NCBI GenBank assembly: GCA_038130705.1
Contig: JAYPOA010000001.1
Coordinates: 2,333 to 66,332 of the forward strand
DNA length: 64,000 nucleotides
From: Methanobacteriota archaeon
GTDB taxonomy: Archaea > Thermoplasmatota > Poseidoniia > Poseidoniales > Poseidoniaceae
Direction: 5' to 3'
Shown one piece after another: positions 18,526 through 28,331 of the stretch. The notes below the pieces were generated by a model, which had not been told where the DNA came from, did no database searches, and was given only the letters and a program-made list of their open reading frames with translations. Positions within the stretch are counted from its first letter, which is position 1. Each line of letters begins with the position of its first letter. Both the position numbers and the translations under genes were made by a program.

Positions 18526-20286
18526 TTAATCCGGAATTCGAATTATTGATGTGTTTTTCTCTAAGTTTGCTTTGACATCTACGGCCCAAGCATCCAGTGA
18601 CGCATTCAAAATTGCAATTTCATCTCCTTGCTGAAGTGTATTGTAAATGGCAGGCCAGGAATTGTCCCATCCTTCAACTGTTACTTTGGTCTGATCATCA
18701 ATCAATACAATTCCCTTGCGAATCCATGGTTTTCCAGATTTACCAATACCGTACTTATACGTCTTGTATGCAACTCTTCCATACAAATTCCATCTTGCTT
18801 TGAAGTCAAAAAGTCCACAGTCTCCATCTTCAGCACTTGATGACTTTATCATCCTGGCATGAGGGTCGATCTTCAATTCAATTTCACCTTTCCAATTAGT
18901 TGAAGGGATTACTCCAACCAATCTAATTAAATCTCCTTTTTCTATTTCAGGATCGTAAGTAAGTTGTCCTTCACTTTCTTTTGAAATTATTTTTACAAAT
19001 GCTTTTCCGCCATCTTGTTGAACCATTACGTTGGGAATTCCTTCGCTATTCTTAGTGACGCTAAAAACCTCACAGAAAATATTCACCCTAGGTTCTAATT
19101 TACTTAGTTGGGTTAATTCATATGATTTAATTTCCCCTTTTGGTTGGATATTTTCGATTATTTTGTAATTATCATTTCCTTCTCCGCCAGGACATAATTT
19201 TGACCACTCGCAACTGTCGCACCTTACACCTTCTGGTGCTTCAGTCGGAACCCCTCCTTCAGAGAATCCTCTCAAATCTGAAGGTTTAGGAGGACAGTCT
19301 GATATTGTAACCGTTCTTGATTTTAATTCATTCCATAATTGGTTTAGCTGGCTTTCTAAAACAGTGATTTGATCTTCAGTCGGAGGCTTTACTGACTTTT
19401 TCTTACCTACTCCTAAATACCAGACTTCAAGTTCCTTCGGAATTTGTCCATCATGTGTTTTTGACCATAACATTGCATACATCTTCAATTGTTCGACATA
19501 GTTGCCACTTCTGTCTCCTACGCCTTTGCTTGCTTTTAGATCTACAATTTTAATTTTTGAACTATGTCTGTAAACTAAATCATACTCCCCTTGAAACCAA
19601 TATTCTGGATGTATTGCGTTTTGTGAAAATGGCTCTAAATCAGGGTCTACAAACCATGGCCTTGCTATTTCCCAAGCTTCAACAAGGTGACATGGCCCAT
19701 CCCTTGCGAGTGGATGAGGTCCCAATTGTTCTCTCCTGTCTGGAGATCTTATCAGGAGGTTATCATCACCATTTCTCCACTTTTGTAACTCCTCATCAGA
19801 AATAGATTCCTTCACTAGAAGTACTTCCTCTAAATGTAAATCAAGAGCAGTAATACACATTTGCATGTATTCTTCCATTGAATAATCATGCCAATTGCCT
19901 GCTTTTCTAGGATTTTTACTCCATTCTTCTTGCATCGCTTTACAAATATCTGGCCAATACTTCGCTATTCTTGAGGCATACCATTGAGAAATGTCATTCG
20001 AAATTTCACTATCATACAAAGGAAGTAGGTTATCTGCACCATTCTGTAAAACAGTAATCGGAGCTGATGAAGTTACTATACCTGGAGATTCCATCATTAC
20101 TCTAGTAACACACTCTTCTACTGCTCGACCCAAGAAGAGAGGAGGCGTTTGTCCAAACTTTAATCTCAAATTATTCTGATACCACCAAATTCTTGGGCAT
20201 TCTGCGAAAGTATTTGCTTGGGATGCGGATAGCCTGTTAAATTTGCCAACAGTATCATGTTCTGGATTGATTGAACTGACAGGCAT
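18526..20286 (-). CDS. PD-(D/E)XK (Cas4/RecB-like) Fe-S nuclease fused to two C-terminal OB folds
   Basis: LSASQ...CPRIWWY; GEYDLV...IVDLKAS; QLKMYA; CDSCEWSKLC; two RPA-like OB repeats. Confidence 0.8.
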   Translation of the reverse strand: MPVSSINPEHDTVGKFNRLSASQANTFAECPRIWWYQNNLRLKFGQTPPLFLGRAVEECVTRVMMESPGIVTSSAPITVLQNGADNLLPLYDSEISNDISQWYASRIAKYWPDICKAMQEEWSKNPRKAGNWHDYSMEEYMQMCITALDLHLEEVLLVKESISDEELQKWRNGDDNLLIRSPDRREQLGPHPLARDGPCHLVEAWEIARPWFVDPDLEPFSQNAIHPEYWFQGEYDLVYRHSSKIKIVDLKASKGVGDRSGNYVEQLKMYAMLWSKTHDGQIPKELEVWYLGVGKKKSVKPPTEDQITVLESQLNQLWNELKSRTVTISDCPPKPSDLRGFSEGGVPTEAPEGVRCDSCEWSKLCPGGEGNDNYKIIENIQPKGEIKSYELTQLSKLEPRVNIFCEVFSVTKNSEGIPNVMVQQDGGKAFVKIISKESEGQLTYDPEIEKGDLIRLVGVIPSTNWKGEIELKIDPHARMIKSSSAEDGDCGLFDFKARWNLYGRVAYKTYKYGIGKSGKPWIRKGIVLIDDQTKVTVEGWDNSWPAIYNTLQQGDEIAILNASLDAWAVDVKANLEKNTSIIRIPD

Positions 20287-20313
20287 GAACCCCTCGTCGT
20301 AGTTGGAGTTTAT

Positions 20314-21918
20314 TCAATCCTTCGATAGTATCTCGATTCTGGTTGTTCTTTTATCAACTCTGAGCTGAATAATTCCCTCACGCCAACCAAGGTCAGCAGA
20401 GATTATTCTAACTTCATCTCCTTGCTTCATAGACAAAATAGAGCCCTTTATTGAAGAACCAAATGCAACCAACTCTGCAACGCTTTCTCCGTCCCAGATA
20501 TGTAATGACACCATCGACCATGGCCTTCCATCTGCACGGATACCGTTTCTACGTGAAATTGATATGACTATGCCCTGAACATTTGCTTTTGTTCGTAGCA
20601 TCCCCATCCTCGTCAAATCACATTTAGCACCAACCTCTATAGAGCTTTGATTATCTAAATATAATCTTGGTTGCCCTCTCCAAACACCAGGTAATGCTCC
20701 AGTTACGATGACTTCATCTTGAGGAGAATCATGCATTTTGGGGAAAGAATTTGGCTGGCTTTCCTCCAAAGTCACCATCTTATCACCAGATTTTATCATA
20801 GCTCCTAAGACTAATTCTCCGTAGTGATTTGGCAAAGGCCCCCAGGAAGCCTGTAAAGAGCCCTTAACATTAACACGGTAAGGGATTGTAGAAATCAATT
20901 CACAAGGTGAAGAAATCATCGGCTTTTCAAATGGTAATTGGTCTAATTTACACCACCTACAACCTGCTTGTTCACCGGAGCATGGTTCATCGATTGGGAA
21001 CGCATTCGTAAGATTCCAATTCCTCATTTCTTCGTATATTTCTCGATATTCTTCAGTTGTTTTTGGATTTAGGTCTACTTCTTTCCTCAATCCATTTTTC
21101 AAATACCATCCTTCAATTCCATCACAAGTTGAATCATGAGTTTCATTCCATAGCCATGCATAAAAATTTAGTTGATGTTTAAGACTTGAAGAAAAAGACC
21201 CTTCTCCGTCCCCGATTTTTATATCGATTATTCTTGTTCTGCCATCCCAACGATGAACTAAATCACATTCTCCGGCAGCCCATCTATCAGCATGATACAT
21301 TCTTTGAGGCTCGGGATTTCTTGGATCTTTTACCCACGGACGAGCAATTTCCCAAGCGTCCTGCCACGTTATTGGATTTGAGAAAACATGGATTTCATCT
21401 TTCCATGATACCATGCTATTGGCTTTATCTGGCTGTAGGAATGTAGGAGGATTATCCCAACATGGTGCGGGGATTTCGAATTCGGTTTGCCCTCCCCCTG
21501 CCTCAAAGCATTTCTTTACTTCTTCTAATTGCAATCCAATACCGTTTCTAAGCATGTTACAAACAATTTGAATATCGAAGTAATCTGAAAACTCACCATC
21601 CTTCCAAATAGATTCTTCGAAGGAATTTCTACCATTATCAATCGCCTTTTGGCCATACTCATCTATCAGCCCTTCAAGCCACGATGACAAATCCTCTACC
21701 GATTCAACTATTGGCGCCCGGTGCATTAGAATTGAACAGAAAGCATCCTCTACTTCGATTCCCATAATCTGAGGTGGTGAAACGGGACCTCTGAGACCTA
21801 TCCTATAATTCAAGAACCACTGCTTCTTACATCTTAGAAATGTGGTAAGTGATGATGCTGAAAGCCTACTCCGTGACCTTCCAATCGACTGAGCTTCAGG
21901 AGGAATCTGGGCTGGCAT
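20314..21918 (-). CDS. Paralogous PD-(D/E)XK nuclease fused to two C-terminal OB folds
   Basis: LSASS...CKKQWFL; GECDLV...IIDIKIG; QLNFYA; C-x6-CRWC; OB-like repeats; shares AWEIARPW with the neighbour. Confidence 0.8.
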   Translation of the reverse strand: MPAQIPPEAQSIGRSRSRLSASSLTTFLRCKKQWFLNYRIGLRGPVSPPQIMGIEVEDAFCSILMHRAPIVESVEDLSSWLEGLIDEYGQKAIDNGRNSFEESIWKDGEFSDYFDIQIVCNMLRNGIGLQLEEVKKCFEAGGGQTEFEIPAPCWDNPPTFLQPDKANSMVSWKDEIHVFSNPITWQDAWEIARPWVKDPRNPEPQRMYHADRWAAGECDLVHRWDGRTRIIDIKIGDGEGSFSSSLKHQLNFYAWLWNETHDSTCDGIEGWYLKNGLRKEVDLNPKTTEEYREIYEEMRNWNLTNAFPIDEPCSGEQAGCRWCKLDQLPFEKPMISSPCELISTIPYRVNVKGSLQASWGPLPNHYGELVLGAMIKSGDKMVTLEESQPNSFPKMHDSPQDEVIVTGALPGVWRGQPRLYLDNQSSIEVGAKCDLTRMGMLRTKANVQGIVISISRRNGIRADGRPWSMVSLHIWDGESVAELVAFGSSIKGSILSMKQGDEVRIISADLGWREGIIQLRVDKRTTRIEILSKD

Positions 21919-21927
21919 GATTTAGCC

Positions 21928-23706
21928 TCATGAATCAAATGAATAGTAATCCCCAGCAACTCTTTGCTCTCGATCCTTTCTGGATTCGGATTTGTTTATA
22001 CGCGGTCTCTTGGAATCATGGTCTCTTCTGAATGTAACATCGACTCCTGACAAGAATCGATTCATTCCCTCTCGAAGACCAAATGGACCCTCAGCTTTTC
22101 CACTCACTCCCCCTTCGCCTTCGAATACCAATAGTGAATCTGATACAATGTCAATGAAATAGACGTCATGGTCAATTACGAATGCCGCTTTTTCATTGGA
22201 TTCCATCGTTCTTCTAATCGCTTTAGCCGCTTCCATTCTTGCATTTGCGTCAAGATGCGCGCTTGGTTCATCAAGTAAATACAAATCAGCATCTCTTCCT
22301 AGACATATCGCAATCGATACTGCTTGAGATTCTCCTCCTGATAAGTTATTCACCTGCTTGGCAAGAAGTTCGTCCACCCCAAGGGCTCTTATCACATTCA
22401 CATTGAATTCCCCGCTTCTCCAACGGGGTCCAATTTCAGCATCTAACCAGGTCTGAACCGTACAATCAAGATTAGTTTCGATATGCTGCGGTTTGTATGA
22501 AATTGAAGCGTCTGCAGTTACCCAACCTGAATCGTATTCGTGTTCACCTGCCAAAATCTTGACCATAGTAGATTTTCCTGTGCCGTTAGGGCCTACAACT
22601 CCCACAACTTCGGCTTGGTGGACCTTGCCAGTACCTGTTTGAAGATTGAAATCACCTAGAGTTTTGCCTAAATCTCCCCATTCTACCACAGGATTACCAA
22701 TCTCATTAGACCGATCAGTGTGAGTTTGGAATTTTATTGGCTTATCTCTAATCCTGACATTTTGTTCTACTAAAAAACCGTCAAGATATGCATTGATGGC
22801 TTGTCTTGTTGACCTTGCGGGAGTAAAAATACCAAACGCACCTTTTCTCCCATAGACAATGTGTACTAAATCAGCAAGAACATCCAAAACCGCCAAATCG
22901 TGTTCGATTACAATTACTCTAGCACTTTCTGATAATTCTTGAATAATTCTTACAATTCTCATCCTTTCGTGGATATCGAGATAGGAAGATGGTTCATCGA
23001 AGAAATAAACGTCAGCCTTTTTCAATAGTGTAGCGCAAATTGCTACCCTTTGTAATTCACCACCAGACAACTGAGTTAATTCTCTGTCAAGCAGTTTGCT
23101 TAGACCTAATTTCTCGACCATTTCTTGATAGATATCCCTTTCATCAACCGATTCCAATAAAGACCCAACTTTTCCTTTTACGGCTTTGGGAATGTTATCG
23201 ACATATTGTGGTTTCAAGGCTACCTTAACTTTGGAATTACTCACATCGATTAAGAAATCCCTCAATTCTCCACGAGGTAGGCTTTCTATCACATCTTCCC
23301 ACCATACTTCATCTGCTTCAAAATCTCCTAAATTCGGTGTGATTGAACCGTTTAGAATCTTGAAAGCTGTTGATTTACCCATCCCGTTGGGGCCAAGAAT
23401 TCCAACAACTGATTCTTTTGAGGGAGTTGGCAGGCGGAATAGCCTGAACCCGTTAAGAGAATACCTGTGAATCATATCACTTTCTAACTCTGAGGGCAGT
23501 TGGGTAATGATAAGTGCGTCATGTGGGCACTTGTTAACACAAATTCCACAACCAATACATAGCGATTCTGAAATATGTGGTTTTCCAGTAACATTATCCA
23601 TAACTATACATTCTTGTCCATTTCGAACAGGAGGACAAAAGGCAAAGCATTCATCCATGCATTTCTTTGGTTGACAGTTATCTTCCTTGAGAACTGCAAC
23701 TCGCAT
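21928..23706 (-). CDS. abce1: Ribosome recycling ATPase ABCE1 (RLI)
   Basis: N-terminal Fe-S Cys cluster (CQPKKC...CIGCGICVNKCP), two Walker A (GPNGMGKS, GPNGTGKS), LSGGE, TFRRD...RPRINK. Confidence 0.96.
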   Translation of the reverse strand: MRVAVLKEDNCQPKKCMDECFAFCPPVRNGQECIVMDNVTGKPHISESLCIGCGICVNKCPHDALIITQLPSELESDMIHRYSLNGFRLFRLPTPSKESVVGILGPNGMGKSTAFKILNGSITPNLGDFEADEVWWEDVIESLPRGELRDFLIDVSNSKVKVALKPQYVDNIPKAVKGKVGSLLESVDERDIYQEMVEKLGLSKLLDRELTQLSGGELQRVAICATLLKKADVYFFDEPSSYLDIHERMRIVRIIQELSESARVIVIEHDLAVLDVLADLVHIVYGRKGAFGIFTPARSTRQAINAYLDGFLVEQNVRIRDKPIKFQTHTDRSNEIGNPVVEWGDLGKTLGDFNLQTGTGKVHQAEVVGVVGPNGTGKSTMVKILAGEHEYDSGWVTADASISYKPQHIETNLDCTVQTWLDAEIGPRWRSGEFNVNVIRALGVDELLAKQVNNLSGGESQAVSIAICLGRDADLYLLDEPSAHLDANARMEAAKAIRRTMESNEKAAFVIDHDVYFIDIVSDSLLVFEGEGGVSGKAEGPFGLREGMNRFLSGVDVTFRRDHDSKRPRINKSESRKDREQRVAGDYYSFDS

Positions 23707-23776
23707 GTTATCATCTCCTGTATTAGTGCTTGATTAATTATTCATCAAATACAAATTGAAAACTACCTAACATAGA

Positions 23777-23797
23777 GGTTTTGGCATAAGCCAAACC
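23777..23797 (-). terminator. Possible stem-loop downstream of rpl10e
   Basis: GGTTTTGGC-ATAA-GCCAAACC inverted repeat (one bulge) about 10 nt past the rpl10e stop. Confidence 0.35.
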
Positions 23798-23806
23798 AAT
23801 TGGTAA

Positions 23807-24346
23807 TCAGACAAGTCCTTTTACAAATTCATGACCACGAATAAGTTTCGTAGTACAAGGTGTTGGGAATTTCATTCCCGCTTTTCTTAGTGCATCTTTT
23901 GCTACTAGGTAATGTTCAGGGGTGAATTGTAAAGATATGATCCTTTGACCTCTCTTGACTCTTGCAGCGGTTCCAACATTCTTTCCAAAAGCGCATCTCA
24001 TTCCTTGTGAAACACGGTCAGCACCTGCACCGGTTGCTTGTTTGTTCTCCCTCAAAACGTGATGAGGGTAAGTGTGGACCCTTAGAGCATAATTTTGTGC
24101 ACCTGCTACTTTCCTAATTGTAGAATTCGAAATAACACGAGCCGCCTCGAGAGCTGTGTGGCGAATCTGACAGGATTCGTCTGCAATCAAATTGAGTTCC
24201 ATTGTAAATTCTCCAGTTTCTGCAGCACGACGGTTGCCGACATGGAATTGGTGAATTCTGTTGTTCGGGACACCACCGATATACTTGCGTCTGGTGTAGG
24301 CTGGACCCTTTAGTCTTCGGTACATTTTTGCGGGCTTTCGTGCCAT
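23807..24346 (-). CDS. rpl10e: 50S ribosomal protein L10e (uL16)
   Basis: MARKPAKMYR, ALEAAR, YPHHVLRENK...GAGADR...GMR.AFGK..GTAARV. Confidence 0.97.
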   Translation of the reverse strand: MARKPAKMYRRLKGPAYTRRKYIGGVPNNRIHQFHVGNRRAAETGEFTMELNLIADESCQIRHTALEAARVISNSTIRKVAGAQNYALRVHTYPHHVLRENKQATGAGADRVSQGMRCAFGKNVGTAARVKRGQRIISLQFTPEHYLVAKDALRKAGMKFPTPCTTKLIRGHEFVKGLV

Positions 24347-24459
24347 GACTCAATCCTCCAAGCGATTTTGCGACTTGCCTTCCATATATGACGATACCGA
24401 TTACTATTTTTTGTTAAATAGGGCAAAGGTCATTGAATAGGTAGGGTTAGCGCAGGTCA

Positions 24460-25608
24460 ATGTCAGCATGGCGCAAGTTCTTAGAGGAAGAGTCAGAATA
24501 TCAATGGCTTTCCTTCGCAGTGTTCGCTTTTGCAGTGATAATTGGAGCCGTCTTAATAGACTGGTCTGATAACTTATCTGGATTTCATGAAGGAGCAGCA
24601 ATCGAGCAGAATGGAATTATTCTTGATGCCGCAGGAGATGCAATATTGTTTGAAAATGAATCTGGCAAGTATGTCTCTCTTCACGACGATGTCCAAGAGA
24701 CGCCATATGCCTCGTGCTTAGTTCAGCACGCTCACATCACCTTCGCCTGTATGGGAACAGAAGGTTTGCTATTTTTTACCGAAGAAGATTATTCTTTAGA
24801 ATTTGGCTGGATTCCTATGGCATTAGGCAAGAATGTGACTGCTAAAAATGTAGAAGCAAACGCTCAAAATGAATTATTGGTCGTCATTCAAGATGGTACA
24901 TCTGACAAGTTAGCCGCAATGCACATTAGCGAAGGAGATGGCCTTTCTGATGTTACATCCCAAGATGGAATAATGCACATCAACTCCATGCTAGCTACTG
25001 ATGGAGGATGGTTTGTAGGTGGCTCTTGGCAAGCTCCTCCGAACTGGTTGGGAACAAATCCTACTTCTCCTCCGATGTATGAACTGGTTATGTTTGTAGA
25101 GTGGGATGGAATAAATTCACCTGATTCGGAAATAATTTACCTGGGTGGAGAAGGAACAATACACGGAATCTATCAAATGAATAACGGAGATTACATTGCC
25201 ACAGGTACTGATGACACTGTTGTAATAGATTCCGTGGAAATTACTTCTCTAAACATAGCAAGCTTCTCGTCAATATCCGATAACAACAACAAAATCTGGC
25301 TATTTGGTGGGCTGAATTCAGACGCTGTTGCGATCATAAACAACGCTGAAATAACATACGAAGAATTGCCATCAAACTTGGGATTAAACCCAAACTTTGT
25401 AGATTGTAATTCTGAAGGATTGATCTCGATATACGGTGCCGATGCTTATGATTCACCACGTGCAGTTTCTATAGAAAGTGATGCAAGAACTTCAATATTG
25501 AGCCTTAGGGGTGTTATGGACTTAGGATTCATACTTGTTTCGATTACGATTATTTCAGTAATGGGTTGGAATATTGCCGATTCGGTTAGACGCGGAGAAG
25601 TTTTCTGA
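24460..25608 (+). CDS. Hypothetical membrane protein, acidic beta-rich extracellular domain between N- and C-terminal TM helices
   Basis: Two hydrophobic helices flanking an acidic beta-strand-rich region. Confidence 0.6.
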   Translation: MSAWRKFLEEESEYQWLSFAVFAFAVIIGAVLIDWSDNLSGFHEGAAIEQNGIILDAAGDAILFENESGKYVSLHDDVQETPYASCLVQHAHITFACMGTEGLLFFTEEDYSLEFGWIPMALGKNVTAKNVEANAQNELLVVIQDGTSDKLAAMHISEGDGLSDVTSQDGIMHINSMLATDGGWFVGGSWQAPPNWLGTNPTSPPMYELVMFVEWDGINSPDSEIIYLGGEGTIHGIYQMNNGDYIATGTDDTVVIDSVEITSLNIASFSSISDNNNKIWLFGGLNSDAVAIINNAEITYEELPSNLGLNPNFVDCNSEGLISIYGADAYDSPRAVSIESDARTSILSLRGVMDLGFILVSITIISVMGWNIADSVRRGEVF

Positions 25609-25709
25609 ACTAATTAAAAAAACAAAGAGATTGAATTATTTGTCAGGGGATAATTTACGAACCTCTTTCGCACACGACAACTCCTAGCGCAAGCTAAGGA
25701 TGTGTAATA

Positions 25710-28331
25710 TTGGCCAAGAGGGGGATGATGGACCAGTATATTGACATCAAATCTGAACACCAAGATTCTGTCTTATTTTTCCGAATGGGAGATTTCTATG
25801 AACAATTCTATGACGACGCAGTTGTCGCTTCAGAAGTACTCGGATTGGCTTTAACAAGTAGGGATAAGAATGCTGAAAATCCAATACCTATGGCAGGATT
25901 TCCATGGCATGCTCTTGAAGACAACCTAAGAGCGATGCTAAAAGCCGGTCACAAAGTTTGTGTGGCTGAACAAGAAGACGAATTGAGGGAAGGTGCAAAA
26001 CTACTCGAAAGGGTTGTTACTCGAATTTACACCCCAGGGTCATTGTATGAAGAGAGTTTAATCGGAACTGATGAAGTCGCTAACTTGTCTAGTATTTTGA
26101 TAAAAAATGACTCTGTTGGTTTATCTATACTAGACGCAAGCACTGGAAACCTGTGGGCTGTAGAATATAATGGCGTAGACCGATTGGACAGAGTATTAGA
26201 TGATTTATTGCGTAGTAGTACTAGAGAATTAGTGTTCACTCCTAAAGACTCAGAAAAGGACGAACTCCGAAGAATTATATCGAATATTGATAATATAACA
26301 CTCTCACAGCACTCAACTTCAAAGAGAAAATCTGATGAAGCACTAAAACAGATATTGGAAGTAGCCGATTTAGGACATATCGACCTTGGGGACTTTCCGA
26401 TTGCCATGGAAGCGGCAGGCCTCGCTGCTGATTACTTGTCATCAATGCACTTGATGGAATCAATATCATTCAAAGACGTTGAAATATTACGCCCAAATGA
26501 TAGTTTAATCTTAGACCAAACCACATTAAGAAACTTAGAATTAACACAGACGCTATCTGGAGAAAAGGAAGGATCTCTTCTTGGCTCTATCGACAAATGC
26601 CGAACTGCAATGGGAAGAAGGTGCTTGAAGCAGTGGATATTACGACCATTGGCATCCAAGGAAGAAATCGAGGAGAGACAAGACTCTGTTGCGAGCATAG
26701 CTCGTTCATCGAAAAGATTGGATGAGATAAGAGATGTTCTGAAAGGATTGAGAGATATGGAGCGCTTAGCTACTCAGTTATCTTACAACCGTTCCACAGG
26801 TAGAGATCTCGTTGCCATTTCATTAGCATTGGAAAGAATGCCAAAGCTAAAATCTATATGCAAACAAATGGATGATGAATTGTTAAACAAAATCTCCGAA
26901 GATTTAGATGTTTTAGAAATGATGAAAATTGATATTCAGGCTAATCTAAATGATGAACAACCACTATCTATGAAAGATGGAGGAATTATTCGAGAGGGTA
27001 TCGATTCTAATTTAGATGAATTGAGAACTGCGGCATCAATAGGTAAAAAATGGTTCAAAGATTTGGAAACAAAGGAAAGAAATAGATTACAAATTCCATC
27101 ACTGAAAGTCAAGCATAACAGGCAAATAGGTTGGTATATAGAAGTCACAAAATCACATTTGTCTAAGGTCCCAGATGAATGGAAGAGAAAGCAACAAATG
27201 ACTAACGGAAATAGATACGTAACCGATGAATTGTTACACTGGGAAGATAAATTGCTAACCGCCTCCACAAAAGCGAACAATATCGAATATGAATTGTTTA
27301 GAGATTTGAGAGAAAGGTGCAAACAAAACACAAGAATGCTTGGATTGATTAGTACACATGTATCTCAAATCGATGTTCTCCAGTGTTTTGCAACCATTGC
27401 AAGAAGTCGTTCTTGGTCTAGACCTGTAATTTTTGAAGATAATCGTTTGGTTGCAAAAGGATTGAGACACCCCGTTTTGGAACTACAGCCAAACTTCGTT
27501 CCAAATGATTTACAGTTCGACAAGAAGAGAAAATTTTTGTTGATAACGGGGCCAAATATGGGAGGTAAATCCACCTATTTGAGGTGCGCCGCCTTAGTGA
27601 CTGTTTTAGCGCAGTGTGGCTCTTTTGTGCCAGCTGATAGCGCACAAATAGGGATCGTCGACAGAATTTTCACCAGGGTTGGAGCATCTGATGACATTCG
27701 GAGAGGTAGGTCTACTTTCATGATGGAAATGATGGAGGTTTCACATATCCTAAAACAGGCAACCTCTGACTCGCTAATTTTACTTGATGAAATTGGTAGA
27801 GGAACATCTACCTTTGATGGCCTATCTATTGCATGGTCTGTATCAGAAGATATCTCAAAACGTCTGTCTTCAAGGACACTATTTGCGACTCACTATCACC
27901 AATTAATTGGTTTGGAAGGCGAAATAGGTGGTCTGGTGAATGTCCATGTCCAAGTAGCTCAAACGGATGGAGAACTTAGATTCCTTCACACAGTGGCGGA
28001 CGGTCCGTGCGACGATTCTTATGGCGTTCAAGTAGCGGCTTTGGCCGGCCTTCCAAGACATGTTATTGAAAGAGCAAGTGACTTACTAAACTTCCTCGAA
28101 AAGCAGGCAGACGGAGCAAAGGCCGGTAACAAGGGCACACCAATGGCGAGAAATGCTGGACAATCATCGCTTTTAGGATTCGTAGGCACGCCGAACGTAA
28201 TTATCGAAAAGGATGAAAAAATGGAAGTCATCAAATCAAAATTAAGTGATATGGACATCGATTCGATGAGTCCAAGAGACGCACTGCAAGCACTTTACGA
28301 TCTGCAAAATTCTCTGGAGGTTGATGAATGA
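25710..28331 (+). CDS. mutS: DNA mismatch repair protein MutS (MutS1)
   Basis: FFRMGDFYE, ITGPNMGGKST, STFMMEM, LDEIGRGTST, ATHYH, SYGVQVA.LAGLP. Confidence 0.97.
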   Translation: MAKRGMMDQYIDIKSEHQDSVLFFRMGDFYEQFYDDAVVASEVLGLALTSRDKNAENPIPMAGFPWHALEDNLRAMLKAGHKVCVAEQEDELREGAKLLERVVTRIYTPGSLYEESLIGTDEVANLSSILIKNDSVGLSILDASTGNLWAVEYNGVDRLDRVLDDLLRSSTRELVFTPKDSEKDELRRIISNIDNITLSQHSTSKRKSDEALKQILEVADLGHIDLGDFPIAMEAAGLAADYLSSMHLMESISFKDVEILRPNDSLILDQTTLRNLELTQTLSGEKEGSLLGSIDKCRTAMGRRCLKQWILRPLASKEEIEERQDSVASIARSSKRLDEIRDVLKGLRDMERLATQLSYNRSTGRDLVAISLALERMPKLKSICKQMDDELLNKISEDLDVLEMMKIDIQANLNDEQPLSMKDGGIIREGIDSNLDELRTAASIGKKWFKDLETKERNRLQIPSLKVKHNRQIGWYIEVTKSHLSKVPDEWKRKQQMTNGNRYVTDELLHWEDKLLTASTKANNIEYELFRDLRERCKQNTRMLGLISTHVSQIDVLQCFATIARSRSWSRPVIFEDNRLVAKGLRHPVLELQPNFVPNDLQFDKKRKFLLITGPNMGGKSTYLRCAALVTVLAQCGSFVPADSAQIGIVDRIFTRVGASDDIRRGRSTFMMEMMEVSHILKQATSDSLILLDEIGRGTSTFDGLSIAWSVSEDISKRLSSRTLFATHYHQLIGLEGEIGGLVNVHVQVAQTDGELRFLHTVADGPCDDSYGVQVAALAGLPRHVIERASDLLNFLEKQADGAKAGNKGTPMARNAGQSSLLGFVGTPNVIIEKDEKMEVIKSKLSDMDIDSMSPRDALQALYDLQNSLEVDE

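Noticed and set aside
18433..21918. tRNA-Ser as attachment site of an integrated element carrying the nucleases
   Set aside because: No integrase, no visible duplicate of the tRNA 3' end, no evident compositional shift, and the nucleases are tightly linked to the core gene ABCE1.
18526..21918. CRISPR-Cas adaptation module (cas4)
   Set aside because: No cas1/cas2 and no repeat-spacer array seen anywhere in the window.
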